Source: Haplodiscus bocki (lineage: Eukaryota). From it: a DNA stretch of 64,000 nucleotides. The stretch is from the NCBI GenBank assembly GCA_965655095.1, contig OZ296652.1:96658001-96722000 (forward strand), read 5' to 3'. Made by a program: the position numbers and the translations under genes. Under the pieces are notes generated by a model that did no database searches, was not told where the DNA came from, and saw only the letters and a list, made by a program, of their open reading frames with translations. Of the stretch, positions 1 through 13,760 are shown in pieces (position 1 is the stretch's first letter; every line of letters starts with the position of its first letter).

Positions 1-741
1 TTTAGTATAAGACTCGGTAACATGGGTTACGCAGTCGACCGACACAGTTTCTTTAGGGTCCTTTATTCATCAGCGATGGAAACCCAAAAACCAATCAAGC
101 CGGGCATTACAAACAGTGATGTTACATGTAATTTATTTTTATAGGCAATGAGGTTAGGAAAGTTATTTATATGAAATTGGGTTAAGTTAAAGTTAATTAG
201 GTAAAGTTAATAGGATTAAGTTAGTGAGGTTAAAATTTCAAGCTGAGGTAAGAAGCCAAAACCAGTTTTTAATTCAGCAGCTTTTCAGTTGAACTTAAAC
301 GCTTGTACCGCGGTGACGCTGCCAATGGCGTTAAATCTCCAATTTTCTTCTTTTTCCAACCAAAACAATAGCCTATCGGATTTTCAGAGGAGTAATTTAG
401 TAAGAAAGGGGTGAAATAAATTAACCAGAGAAATTCCTCGAACTAATTGGTTAACTGAACTAGCTACTAACGGATACCATTGTTGACTCGTGATGCCGGG
501 TAATTGGATGCTCCTGTAGTTGTTCGAAGTTTCGAGATTCGTTTTGAAAAAGTTTTTCTCAGCGAGATTGGTCTTAGAAGGATTTCGAAGGAATCGAGAT
601 TGGTTAATGGCCAAAACAACTTTTGATATTAACTTCGAACTTTTTCTGCAGGAGTCGAGAAGAATTTTGCCAAGACAATTTTTGAACTTGTAATAAAGGT
701 TTTTTTGAGTTCGAGTTCAGATGAGATTCTAGTTGAAGAAA

Positions 742-3700
742 AAATTTGAGGAACAGAAGGGAGATGGTGGTGGCGAAAATTGAGGAATTCAAAAAAAAAG
801 GAGAGGCTCTAGTCCGTTAAGCGGGAAAACACGAGTTGTGTTGATATCGTGGCGTAAATGGTTTTCAACAATAACACCATACTGCCTTTTCATGTTACCA
901 ATGACGGAGCGGCACGCACCAAGCATGGTGATAAAAACTGGAGCCAGTAGAGAAATGACAGTCCGTGGAAAACTATAATTTACCATAAAGTTGGAATTGT
1001 TGAATCCCAATTATCAGTTTGTATCACCAGCTTTTTTTATATCCATCTTGCCCCTTGTGCTGTTCCCGTCATCACTTGAGAAACTAGTTAATATTTTATG
1101 TTTAGCCTTACTCGTAATGCGACAACAGTAGATCCCACCAAACAGAATCCTGGCAGTTAACGTTTGTACCCGAAATGCTGTGATGGCACCCACTCACAGG
1201 CACTACCCGCACCGCACCACCATCTTATAAAAACCCAATAGCTCATTTATTGAACATTTTGACACTTTCCTTCATCTACTTGATCGCAAGTTTTCAGAAG
1301 TTGAAAGAACATTTCCGCTAGAAGTGGAATGGAATCGGATACAAGTTCCTGCTTACAATATTACTCACGGAAACTAGTAACTAATCACCATTGAAAACGC
1401 AGATTTTTAAAAAACCATGAACGGACTCTGGAAGTTATAGCGAGTTTAGAATATTAGTTTCATTGTAACAAGATGGCTGCTACGAAACTATACTCAAAAG
1501 ATTTGAGATCGGTTCTGTCTGTGTACCGATGAACAAAATCTTCTGCGAAACTGACAGCTGGTTCAAACGACGTCAATTTTTGCGGATGATAGCTTTCCGG
1601 AGTCGCTTGAGACTACTTAATACCCAATATACCAATGATGCTTATGGGAAGTCGAACAACTCAAACACCAACACCTAGACCAGTAAAATTCTCAGCAAGG
1701 ACCGATAGTGCTGCATCCGCTCCAGAAAAAATCATTGACGAAGACGCTTGCGAGCCTGCAGAATATTGGAAAACCATTTTTGCTCACAACTTCTGGAGGA
1801 AATTTGATTTTTTAGTTTATTGGAGCTTTTTGGAAACAGATAAAAGTCCTTCAGGAACAATTGCTGCTCAGCACACCAAATGATATTTGCACACATAAGC
1901 ATCAAGAAATGATAACATCCAACAACGTCGGCAAGTGCACAGAAATAAACCTCTACTCTCCAACCAGGCAACCAATACTAAGAGAAACAATGAAGTAATA
2001 CCTAGTACGTTGACACACTCAACAGGACCGAAAAATGTGTAACATATTAGCGAACTGTCACTAATAGTGTTAAAGTAACAATAAAGGTACACTATTAGAT
2101 TGAACTAGTCTATATTCTTTTTAACTGGGCTTTTCCTTCCAGTAATGCTTGCTCCTCGAGATCAATTTTTCACCTTAGCCAGTGAACCCTTTGTTAAACC
2201 TCATGGTGAGATCTCAAAATTCTATCCCTATACCACATGTAGAAACTGGAACAGACATCGATGGACAGATTTACATGAGGATACTCTTTCAGGTTCCCAC
2301 AACCGAGAAACCACCTGTCCTTCTGCTCCTTCGTGTTCAACTCACCAGTCTTATGAAAAATAAAAAAATGAGCAACTACGAGTACGCAGGAAGCCAATAC
2401 CATCGACACAAGGTCTGTTTTCAACCGATGTTTTCCAACAAATGTGAAATGTTTTCGAAATTTGAGGAACAGAAAGGACATGGTGGTGGCGAAAATTGAG
2501 GAATTCAAAATAAGGAGAGGCTCTAGTCCGTTAAGCGGGAAAACACGAGTTGTGTTGATATCGTGGCGTAAATGGTTTTCAACAATAACACGATACTGCC
2601 TTTTCATGGTACCAATGAGGGAACGGCACGCACCAAGCATGGTGATAAAAGCTGGAGCCAGTAGGGAAATGGCAGTCCGTGGAAAACTATAATTTCCCAC
2701 AAAATTGGAATTGTTGAATCCCAATTATCAATTATCTATCACCAGCTTTTTTTACATCCATCTTGCCATTTGTGCTGTTGCCGTCATCACTTGAAAAATT
2801 AGTTAATATTTCTATGTTTAGCCTTACTCGTAATGCGACAACAGTAGATCCCACCAAACAGAATCCTGGCAGTTAACGTTTGTACCCGAAATGCTGTAAT
2901 GGCACCCACTCACAGGCACTACCCGCACCGCACCACCATCTTATAAAAACCCAATAGCTCATTTATTGAACATTTTGACACTTTCCTTCATCTACTTGAT
3001 CGCAAGTTTTCAGAAGTTGAAAGAACATTTCCGCTGGAAGTGGAATGGAATCGGATACAAGTTCCTGCTTACAATATTACTCACGGAAACTAGTAACTAA
3101 TCACCATTGAAAACGCAGATTTTTAAAAAACCATGAACGGACTCTGGAAGTTATAGCGAGTTTAGAATATTAGTTTCATTGTAACAAGATGGCTGCTACG
3201 AAACTATACTCAAAAGATTTGAGATCGGTTCTGTCTGTGTACCGATGAACAAAATCTTCTGCGAAACTGACAGCTGGTTCAAACGACGTCAATTTTTGCG
3301 GATGATAGCTTTCCGGAGTCGCTCGAGACTACTTAATACCCAATATACCAATGATGCTTATGGGAAGTCGAACAACTCAAACACCAACACCTAGACCAGT
3401 AAAATTCTCAGCAAGGACCGATAGTGCTGCATCCGCTCCAGAAAAAAATCATTGACGAAGACGCTTGCGAGCCTGCAGAATATTGGAAAACCATTTTTGC
3501 TCACAACTTCTGGAGGAAATTTGATTTTTTAGTTTATTGGAGCTTTTTGGAAACAGATAAAAGTCCTTCAGGAACAATTGCTGCTCAGCACACCAAATGA
3601 TATTTGCACACATAAGCATCAAGAAATGATAACATCCAACAACGTCGGCAAGTGCACAGAAATAAACCTCTACTCTCCAACCAGGCAACCAATACTAAGA

Positions 3701-6700
3701 GAAACAATGAAGTAATACCTAGTACGTTGACACACTCAACAGGACCGAAAAATGTGTAACATATTAGCGAACTGTCACTAATAGTGTTAAAGTAACAATA
3801 AAGGTACACTATTAGATTGAACTAGTCTATATTCTTTTTAACTGGGCTTTTCCTTCCAGTAATGCTTGCTCCTCGAGATCAATTTTTCACCTTAGCCAGT
3901 GAACCCTTTGTTAAACCTCATGGTGAGATCTCAAAATTCTATCCCTATACCACATGTAGAAACTGGAACAGACATCGATGGACAGATTTACATGAGGATA
4001 CTCTTTCAGGTTCCCACAACCGAGAAACCACCTGTCCTTCTGCTCCTTCGTGTTCAACTCACCAGTCTTATGAAAAATAAAAAAATGAGCAACTACGAGT
4101 ACGCAGGAAGCCAATACCATCGACACAAGGTCTGTTTTCAACCGATGTTTTCCAACAAATGTGAAATGTTTTCGAAATTTGAGGAACAGAAAGGACATGG
4201 TGGTGGCGAAAATTGAGGAATTCAAAATAAGGAGAGGCTCTAGTCCGTTAAGCGGGAAAACACGAGTTGTGTTGATATCGTGGCGTAAATGGTTTTCAAC
4301 AATAACACGATACTGCCTTTTCATGGTACCAATGAGGGAACGGCACGCACCAAGCATGGTGATAAAAGCTGGAGCCAGTAGGGAAATGGCAGTCCGTGGA
4401 AAACTATAATTTCCCACAAAATTGGAATTGTTGAATCCCAATTATCAATTATCTATCACCAGCTTTTTTTACATCCATCTTGCCATTTGTGCTGTTGCCG
4501 TCATCACTTGAAAAATTAGTTAATATTTCTATGTTTAGCCTTACTCGTAATGCGACAACAGTAGATCCCACCAAACAGAATCCTGGCAGTTAACGTTTGT
4601 ACCCGAAATGCTGTAATGGCACCCACTCACAGGCACTACCCGCACCGCACCACCATCTTATAAAAACCCAATAGCTCATTTATTGAACATTTTGACACTT
4701 TCCTTCATCTACTTGATCGCAAGTTTTCAGAAGTTGAAAGAACATTTCCGCTGGAAGTGGAATGGAATCGGATACAAGTTCCTGCTTACAATATTACTCA
4801 CGGAAACTAGTAACTAATCACCATTGAAAACGCAGATTTTTAAAAAACCATGAACGGACTCTGGAAGTTATAGCGAGTTTAGAATATTAGTTTCATTGTA
4901 ACAAGATGGCTGCTACGAAACTATACTCAAAAGATTTGAGATCGGTTCTGTCTGTGTACCGATGAACAAAATCTTCTGCGAAACTGACAGCTGGTTCAAA
5001 CGACGTCAATTTTTGCGGATGATAGCTTTCCGGAGTCGCTCGAGACTACTTAATACCCAATATACCAATGATGCTTATGGGAAGTCGAACAACTCAAACA
5101 CCAACACCTAGACCAGTAAAATTCTCAGCAAGGACCGATAGTGCTGCATCCGCTCCAGAAAAAAATCATTGACGAAGACGCTTGCGAGCCTGCAGAATAT
5201 TGGAAAACCATTTTTGCTCACAACTTCTGGAGGAAATTTGATTTTTTAGTTTATTGGAGCTTTTTGGAAACAGATAAAAGTCCTTCAGGAACAATTGCTG
5301 CTCAGCACACCAAATGATATTTGCACACATAAGCATCAAGAAATGATAACATCCAACAACGTCGGCAAGTGCACAGAAATAAACCTCTACTCTCCAACCA
5401 GGCAACCAATACTAAGAGAAACAATGAAGTAATACCTAGTACGTTGACACACTCAACAGGACCGAAAAATGTGTAACATATTAGCGAACTGTCACTAATA
5501 GTGTTAAAGTAACAATAAAGGTACACTATTAGATTGAACTAGTCTATATTCTTTTTAACTGGGCTTTTCCTTCCAGTAATGCTTGCTCCTCGAGATCAAT
5601 TTTTCACCTTAGCCAGTGAACCCTTTGTTAAACCTCATGGTGAGATCTCAAAATTCTATCCCTATACCACATGTAGAAACTGGAACAGACATCGATGGAC
5701 AGATTTACATGAGGATACTCTTTCAGGTTCCCACAACCGAGAAACCACCTGTCCTTCTGCTCCTTCGTGTTCAACTCACCAGTCTTATGAAAAATAAAAA
5801 AATGAGCAACTACGAGTACGCAGGAAGCCAATACCATCGACACAAGGTCTGTTTTCAACCGATGTTTTCCAACAAATGTGAAATGTTTTCGAAATTTGAG
5901 GAACAGAAAGGACATGGTGGTGGCGAAAATTGAGGAATTCAAAATAAGGAGAGGCTCTAGTCCGTTAAGCGGGAAAACACGAGTTGTGTTGATATCGTGG
6001 CGTAAATGGTTTTCAACAATAACACGATACTGCCTTTTCATGGTACCAATGAGGGAACGGCACGCACCAAGCATGGTGATAAAAGCTGGAGCCAGTAGGG
6101 AAATGGCAGTCCGTGGAAAACTATAATTTCCCACAAAATTGGAATTGTTGAATCCCAATTATCAATTATCTATCACCAGCTTTTTTTACATCCATCTTGC
6201 CATTTGTGCTGTTGCCGTCATCACTTGAAAAATTAGTTAATATTTCTATGTTTAGCCTTACTCGTAATGCGACAACAGTAGATCCCACCAAACAGAATCC
6301 TGGCAGTTAACGTTTGTACCCGAAATGCTGTAATGGCACCCACTCACAGGCACTACCCGCACCGCACCACCATCTTATAAAAACCCAATAGCTCATTTAT
6401 TGAACATTTTGACACTTTCCTTCATCTACTTGATCGCAAGTTTTCAGAAGTTGAAAGAACATTTCCGCTAGAAGTGGAATGGAATCGGATACAAGTTCCT
6501 GCTTACAATATTACTCACGGAAACTAGTAACTAATCACCATTGAAAACGCAGATTTTTAAAAAACCATGAACGGACTCTGGAAGTTATAGCGAGTTTAGA
6601 ATATTAGTTTCATTGTAACAAGATGGCTGCTACGAAACTATACTCAAAAGATTTGAGATCGGTTCTGTCTGTGTACCGATGAACAAAATCTTCTGCGAAA

Positions 6701-7593
6701 CTGACAGCTGGTTCAAACGACGTCAATTTTTGCGGATGATAGCTTTCCGGAGTCGCTCGAGACTACTTAATACCCAATATACCAATGATGCTTATGGGAA
6801 GTCGAACAACTCAAACACCAACACCTAGACCAGTAAAATTCTCAGCAAGGACCGATAGTGCTGCATCCGCTCCAGAAAAAAATCATTGACGAAGACGCTT
6901 GCGAGCCTGCAGAATATTGGAAAACCATTTTTGCTCACAACTTCTGGAGGAAATTTGATTTTTTAGTTTATTGGAGCTTTTTGGAAACAGATAAAAGTCC
7001 TTCAGGAACAATTGCTGCTCAGCACACCAAATGATATTTGCACACATAAGCATCAAGAAATGATAACATCCAACAACGTCGGCAAGTGCACAGAAATAAA
7101 CCTCTACTCTCCAACCAGGCAACCAATACTAAGAGAAACAATGAAGTAATACCTAGTACGTTGACACACTCAACAGGACCGAAAAATGTGTAACATATTA
7201 GCGAACTGTCACTAATAGTGTTAAAGTAACAATAAAGGTACACTATTAGATTGAACTAGTCTATATTCTTTTTAACTGGGCTTTTCCTTCCAGTAATGCT
7301 TGCTCCTCGAGATCAATTTTTCACCTTAGCCAGTGAACCCTTTGTTAAACCTCATGGTGAGATCTCAAAATTCTATCCCTATACCACATGTAGAAACTGG
7401 AACAGACATCGATGGACAGATTTACATGAGGATACTCTTTCAGGTTCCCACAACCGAGAAACCACTTGTCCTTCTGCTCCTTCGTGTTCAACTCACCAGT
7501 CTTATGAAAAATAAAAAAAATGAGCAACTACGAGTACGCAGGAAGCCAATACCATCGACACAAGGTCTGTTTTCAACCGATGTTTTCCAACAA
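742..7593. repeat. Tandem array of four ~1.70-kb units (period 1717 bp): 742-2441, 2458-4158, 4175-5875, 5892-7593
   Basis: Identical ORFs recur at a 1717-bp offset (1732/3449/5166/6883; 2194/3911/5628). All three junctions read ...ttttccaacaa-atgtgaaatgttttcg-aaatttgaggaacag... Unique sequence resumes after ttttccaacaa at 7593. Confidence 0.97.
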
Positions 7594-10500
7594 TTCTCGG
7601 CAAATGAGATTATTTTGAAACTTGTAAAAACTTGCCAGCAACCATTCGACAAACACCTGGCGTTACTCAATGTAATGTTCAATGAAGCTGGACATTTTGA
7701 TACATTTTTTTATTCTGCTGCACGAACGCTCCTTATCTTTTTTTAACAATAAACAACTCCTTTTACGACACTACCGTAACAACAAAAAATCCGAGCTAGC
7801 ATTGGTATGACAGTTCAAGTTTTCCTAAAATTAGGTCTGAAGCCCTTTTCTTCTTGTTAACTCTAAATTACCAACGTTTGCTTGTCACCCTTGTATGCAA
7901 GTACAAACAACATGCCATCCAATTTGGAGATGAACAATGCCGTGAGACCAGAAACTTTCGTACCAAAGGTCCAGGAGCTGTGGTTGGTTTCCACAACCGC
8001 TGCAACTTTAACTGTTCACTTTCCCCGCAATGGATCAATAACCGACTATACTGCCCAAATGTCGGGCATTTTTGATGAATCACAAACACATTGAAACATT
8101 TCCGACATCCTAAAGGTCTTCATCGCCCTCATCGAGGCAATTCCATTAGGCATACAAGGAAACTTAGTGCAAGTTTGGAAAGTGCTATCTTGGTATATCT
8201 CCACCCCATGACAAGACAATATGCAATATGTTTCCTAGTTTTAACCCAATTCGCACACATGGCCTGGTTGTAACAAAACTTCAAGGAAAAAAATTCTGAC
8301 CCATGAAGCTTCTAGAAAGGAACATTACTTTCCGAACGGCCATACGGTGCTATCCTACTCTCTGATTGTGATTTACAACCCTCTGACTTTTCTTGACACC
8401 GCCGTTTGAGCTGAGAAAACACAAGTTTCTTACCGTGGACCTAAAAGGATGCTTTGAGGAGCCGAAACCGTCTTCAAGGACTTAAGTGGGATTCATGAGC
8501 TCTATTCCGTCAATGGAGTGGCCAAATTGTCCATTATCGATCTACTCGAAACTTTTAGCCAAGATTGAATAACATGTTATCTAGCAATTCCAAAATCAGC
8601 GCAAATATAGTACCAACAAATTTTTACTGAAAGTGACTTTTGAATGCATTAAATTCCAATACACCCTTCCCAACGTCACTTGCTATGCACTGTACAAAAA
8701 TTATTAGAACTTCCAACCACAATAGAATTGCTTTGCCATGACTAGTTCAAAAACGAACAACTGTTGTGAACGGAACTGCTGAAAAAAAACATCAAAAATA
8801 ACCCCGCATCACAATCACAAGCTGTTTTTAGTACCAACTCGGCCTCTTTTAAGGCCCAGTGAGCTCGTTCAGCTGCGTACAGGGGGTGTTGTTTATTGAA
8901 CAACCTGTCAGGTATATTTGCTATTGTTCGCTCCAACTAAGATTGCTAAGCGGCGTGCGCGGCCATACGCATACCTTATCGTGTAAGAAAGTTTCAAAAG
9001 CTTGCACTGTTATTAGTTTTGTAAATTTGCCTCGCTATCCCGCGCGGAAAAACTTGTGAGCAAAAAAAGGCTACAAAATAAGAGATGAATTGGTAGGTGA
9101 ATATACAGAAATGGCAGTCAGTCTTATAAATGTAACTGTCCATAAGATAGGATTAATTGTCGGAAGGGTGAAACTGTAAGGGGAGAAATTTGATAAATCC
9201 AAGTTATTTAAAACCAGCAGCAATCTTTCCAGTTGAACCTCGAAAATTGGTACATACCATTATTAATTTCATCTATTCTTGAAATTTTTTCCAAAATGGC
9301 CGCCAACAACTATTCTCCTCAATCTCCTCTTTTCAACGACCAGGTGCCCATTAGTCCGAGATTGAGAATTGAAACTCCTTTAGGCCTCTCAGAGCATATA
9401 CCTCAGCAAAAAATGACACATTCACCAGTAGCTCCCAATGAAGACAACGATAAATTTCATGGTCTGTAATTTTGAGTGGACGTCGAAGCGTTGAATGAGT
9501 GGGCCACAGTTACCAGTTTTATGAAAAGAGCATCGGATTTGTTTGTCAGGAGCCAGAACTTGCAGATAACTTTAAGTTGTTTCTGATAATTTTGTATGGC
9601 TCTGACTGGGAAAAAAAGGTTCTAATTTACCAAACCATGATAATCGATAATCGAACAGTTATACGCACTGATTACTGGATATAGTCAGCTGATCAGTCGG
9701 CTGAAACGGGTTTGGTTAGACCAGCTTGATGCCTGGACTCCCAGTCAGTTTCGGGCTCAAATTAAAGGGCTCGCAGTGTCCGGAGGATTTATTCAACTCA
9801 AGTAAACCTTCGGGTATTAAAGTAGGTGGCACGGGATTAACCTGCGTGACATTTATATTCTGCTTTGGTGCCAGTGCTGGGTTAAAGTAAGATGAAAATT
9901 GAACAAGAATAAATACTTCACAAAAATTCTACTACATAAAAAGTATAGATTATGTTCATCCAATTTTGCAAAAGTTTCAATTATTGAAGATGGTGATCGA
10001 TATTATCAATTTACGAAACTTTCGAAAAAAAATGGAAATATTTACCAATTTTCAGAACTAGGTTTAGGTACGTTTTTATTGGCTTTTCGGCTGGGACGAA
10101 TGATTACATTCGTATTTGCTAGCTCAGGCTTTGCTTTGCTTTTTTTAGTTTTATGTTCTACTGTTCATATTTTGGTTCATTTTTATCTAAGAGTCAAATA
10201 ACATGCCATGAAAGCAGTCGACCGAATCAAGATTCATAGGTCTTCTTTTCGTCAAGCGTGAACCGGTGACGAGGAATTTACATGCATTTTATATTTAGGA
10301 TTAATTTGTTTTTTTAGCCTTTCATTGAAACCCGAGTAACCTGCCATAGCAAAGCAACTGGGCAAAGATCTTTAAAGTCCTCGTCTTTCCAACCGTGAAT
10401 AAAACTTCCAAATATTTTGGAGGGGTTGAATTATTGCAGGTTTTGTCTACTGCTTAGGTATAGTTTGCTGTAAGTGGCAACCTGGTGATATTTTTTTAGT

Positions 10501-10719
10501 CCTTTAACTCGAACCTGGCAGTTCCTTCGCCATTCATCGAACAGGATTACATAGGGGGAAATGACTAGTGAAATTAAATCTACTATAGGAAAGCAAGTTT
10601 GTAACTGAAAAATACCGGAACTGAGTTGGGATATTTGTGTTTTAGCTGCAGGGTGAAGTTTCATTGGGTAATTCAGAAAAGATGATGCTGATGATATAAT
10701 TTCGGCTAATACATAATTC

Positions 10720-13490
10720 GGAGTTGTTTTAGAATAATTCACAAAGGGAACGGTTTCTGCATTTTTATCTTTTATCTTTTACCTTCCTACTTTGGTTGTC
10801 TTGCTGGCTCCTGGAACAAAAATTGCGTAATTTCAAGAGCAAGGACGTTCTGAGCAATAAAAGGGAAGAGAAAAAGAAATTATCAAATATTCAGATTACA
10901 AAGGCGAAAAAAAATGCGTTCAAGTGAATTGACTTGCAAATAGACGTCTCTGGGGATGAGTCACGATTACAGTAAGCAAGGGAAGAGGGAATTGAAATAT
11001 AACGGCAATCTGATTCTGAAAGTCTATTCACTTGCAGTTGCTTTTACAAACTTAATTTTTTAACAAATTCTAGCAAAGTTCACAGTATCTAGCATTTAAT
11101 TTCCAAATTAATAGTCGTTTCAGTTATCCAGAATCTTCAAAAAAAAACTGAGAAAAGGAAAGACCGCATTGTATAAAAAAAATCATTCACAAAATTTAAT
11201 AAAGATTTAAGACATCTTAGAAAAGGAAAAGGACATAGGCATTTATGAACAATATAGTCACGACATTGGTTGTTTTACAGTTTTTGACTAGGGTCTAATG
11301 AGTGATATTCACTTCTTCTAACGCCGCTTTCTTTGTGGTTTTTCTGAAGTTTTCAGTTTTTTTCAAAATATTTGTTATATGCAATTTGTATCGTTTAGTC
11401 TACCCTCAGTAACTGGCAAATCGCCGTCGACCGGTTGAAAAAATTTAGTTTCTCCCCAAATTGCGAAAATGTGAATTAACCTCCGGACTTGTTGGCGGAG
11501 ATTAGGATCTTTCAAGTCTTATCGAAGACTCAGGTCAAAACTCGCTTCTAGCGGCAACCTGGTAATCTTCTCTAACTCCCTTCTTCTCCAACCGAGACTA
11601 ATGTCTAGCGGATTTCACGGGAGGAATTCATAAAAAAAGCATCAGGATCGACCAAAGAGATGTACTCATTCTGGACTAGGAAACTTTTTGACTGACGGAT
11701 ATTGTTGGAATCGTGTGATCTGCGTGTTGTTCTGAAAGTTTCTTCTTATAAATATGACTTGCAATAGAATCGAAGAGCGACTTTTAAGTTAGAACAAGAA
11801 ATGGATTTGCTTAGAATATTTGTAAAAAAGGACGGTTCCTGCGTATTTTGTCCGTATCTTGGAATCTAGAATGAATACTAATTGACCACGGCAGCAGACA
11901 AGGTGAGACTCAGTCTATGTGACGCCAATCTCTTTCGAGAACCTCGTGAGGGTGGTGCAGATTAAGATTCACTCTTGCTTCAGAACCAAAACTCGTCCAC
12001 GGAATCCGCACTCGCTAATACCGAGGCTAGCGTTTGTGGACACCATTTAGCGTCAGGTGGCAAGAATATGGAATAAGTAAGCAAAGAAGAGGGAATTTTT
12101 GTAAGACATGATACGGACTTGCTTTAGAATAATTTACAAAGGGGCGGTTTCTGCATATTTGTCTTTTATCTTTTATCTTCCTACTTTCGTTGCCTTGCTG
12201 GCTCCGAGAACAAAGGTTGCGTAAGTTCAACAGCAAGGACTTTATGAGCAATAAACGGCAAATAGAAAAAAAAATTATCAAATATTCAAACTACAAGGGC
12301 AAGCAGAATGCGATCAAGTGAATTGACTTGCAGATAGACCTCTCTGGGAGCTGAGTCACGATTACACTAGGGTAGGGAAGGGGGAAATGAAAAATAACGG
12401 CAGTCTGATTCTGAAAATCTCCTCACTTGCAATTGCTCTTACAAATTTAATTTCTTAGCAAATTCTAGCAAAGTTCATAGTATCCAGCATTTAATTTAGA
12501 AAGAAATAGTCGTTTGAGTTATCAAGAATCTTCACAAAATAATCTGAGAAAAGAAAAGATCGCATTGTATAAAAAAAATCATTCACAAAATTTAATAAAG
12601 ATTTAAGACATCTTAGAAAAGGAAAAGGACATAGGCATTTATGAACAATATAGTCACGACATTGGTTGTTTTACAGTTTTTGACTAGGGTCTAATGAGTG
12701 ATATTCACTTCTTCTAACGCCGCTTTCTTTGTGGTTTTTCTGAAGTTTTCAGTTTTTTCCAAAATATATGTTATATGCAATTTGTATCGTTTAATCTACC
12801 CTCAGTAACTGGCAAATCGCCGTCGACCGGTTGAAAAATTTTAGTTTTCCCCAAATTGCCAAAACGTGAATTAACCTCCGGACTTGTTGGCGGGGATTAG
12901 GATCTTTCAAGTTTTATCGAAGACTCAGGTAAAAACTCGATTCTAACGGCCACCTGGTAATTTTATCTAAGTCCCTTCTTCTCCAACCAAGAGTATTGTC
13001 TAGCGGATCTCAAGAGAGGATTTCATAAAAAAGCATCAGGATCAACCAGATAGATGTACTCATTCTGGACTAGGAAACTTTTTGACTAACGGATAATGTT
13101 GACGGAGTCGGTTGATCTGCATGTTGTTCTGAAATTTTCTTTTCATAAATCTGACTTGCAATAGAATCGAATAAGGAATTTTAAATTAGAACAAGAAATG
13201 GAAATATTCAGAATGTTTGTAATGAAGGACGGTCTTTGCGAATTCAGTCCTTATCTAGGTATCTGGAATGAATTCTATTTTACCACGGCAGCAGACAAGG
13301 TGAGACTCAGTCTATGTGACGCCAATCTCTTTCGAGAACCTCGTGAGGGTGGTGCAGTTTAAGAATAACTCTTGCTTCAGAACCAAAATTCGTCCACGGA
13401 ATCCGCACTCGCTAATACCGAAGTTAGCGTTAGTGGACACCGTTTACACTCCAGTGGCAAGAGTATGGAACAAGTAAGCAAAGGAGAAGG
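10720..13490. repeat. Tandem duplication, two ~1.39-kb copies (~10720-12110 and ~12115-13490)
   Basis: gacatcttagaaaaggaaaaggacatagg occurs at 11211 and 12608; accacggcagcagacaaggtgagactcag occurs at ~11885 and ~13282. Identical tracts alternate with visibly diverged tracts. Confidence 0.93.
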
Positions 13491-13492
13491 AG

Positions 13493-13655
13493 TTTTGGCT
13501 GAGACACAATTTGGAATTGTCTTAGAATTTTTTCCATCAGATGCGTCCGAATTTTGGCCAAGGCACAATTTGGAATTGTCTCAGAATAATTTCGATGCGA
13601 TGCATTTGAATTTTGGCTCAGACAGAAAATTTGGAATTGTCTTTTAATAATTTCG
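13493..13655. repeat. Three degenerate ~59-61-bp tandem repeats with core aatttggaattgtct
   Basis: The core starts at about 13507, 13566 and 13627. The flanking ttttggc and gatgc motifs also recur. Confidence 0.85.
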
Positions 13656-13760
13656 CTTGCTCCAAACGAAGGGAAGAACTGGTAAGGTTGGAAGGGAAGG
13701 GAAGTTAGGAGTTAAGGGTAAGAGTTTCTCCTCGGGTAAAGCAAGTGAGCGGGAGAGAGC

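Noticed and set aside
2194-2724. 176-aa minus-strand ORF repeated three times as a candidate amplified gene
   Set aside because: It spans the duplication junction and filler, is broken in copy 1, lacks a real ATG start and has no recognisable domain.
10330-10410. DIRS/tyrosine recombinase call based on the DLCPV motif
   Set aside because: A single short motif, with no catalytic R-H-R-Y residues, RT/RNase H or DIRS termini found. Kept only as an unclassified family.
13493-13655. CRISPR-like repeat/spacer pattern (aatttggaattgtct every ~60 bp)
   Set aside because: Only three units, the 'spacers' are themselves homologous, there are no cas genes, and the context is eukaryotic. It is a minisatellite.
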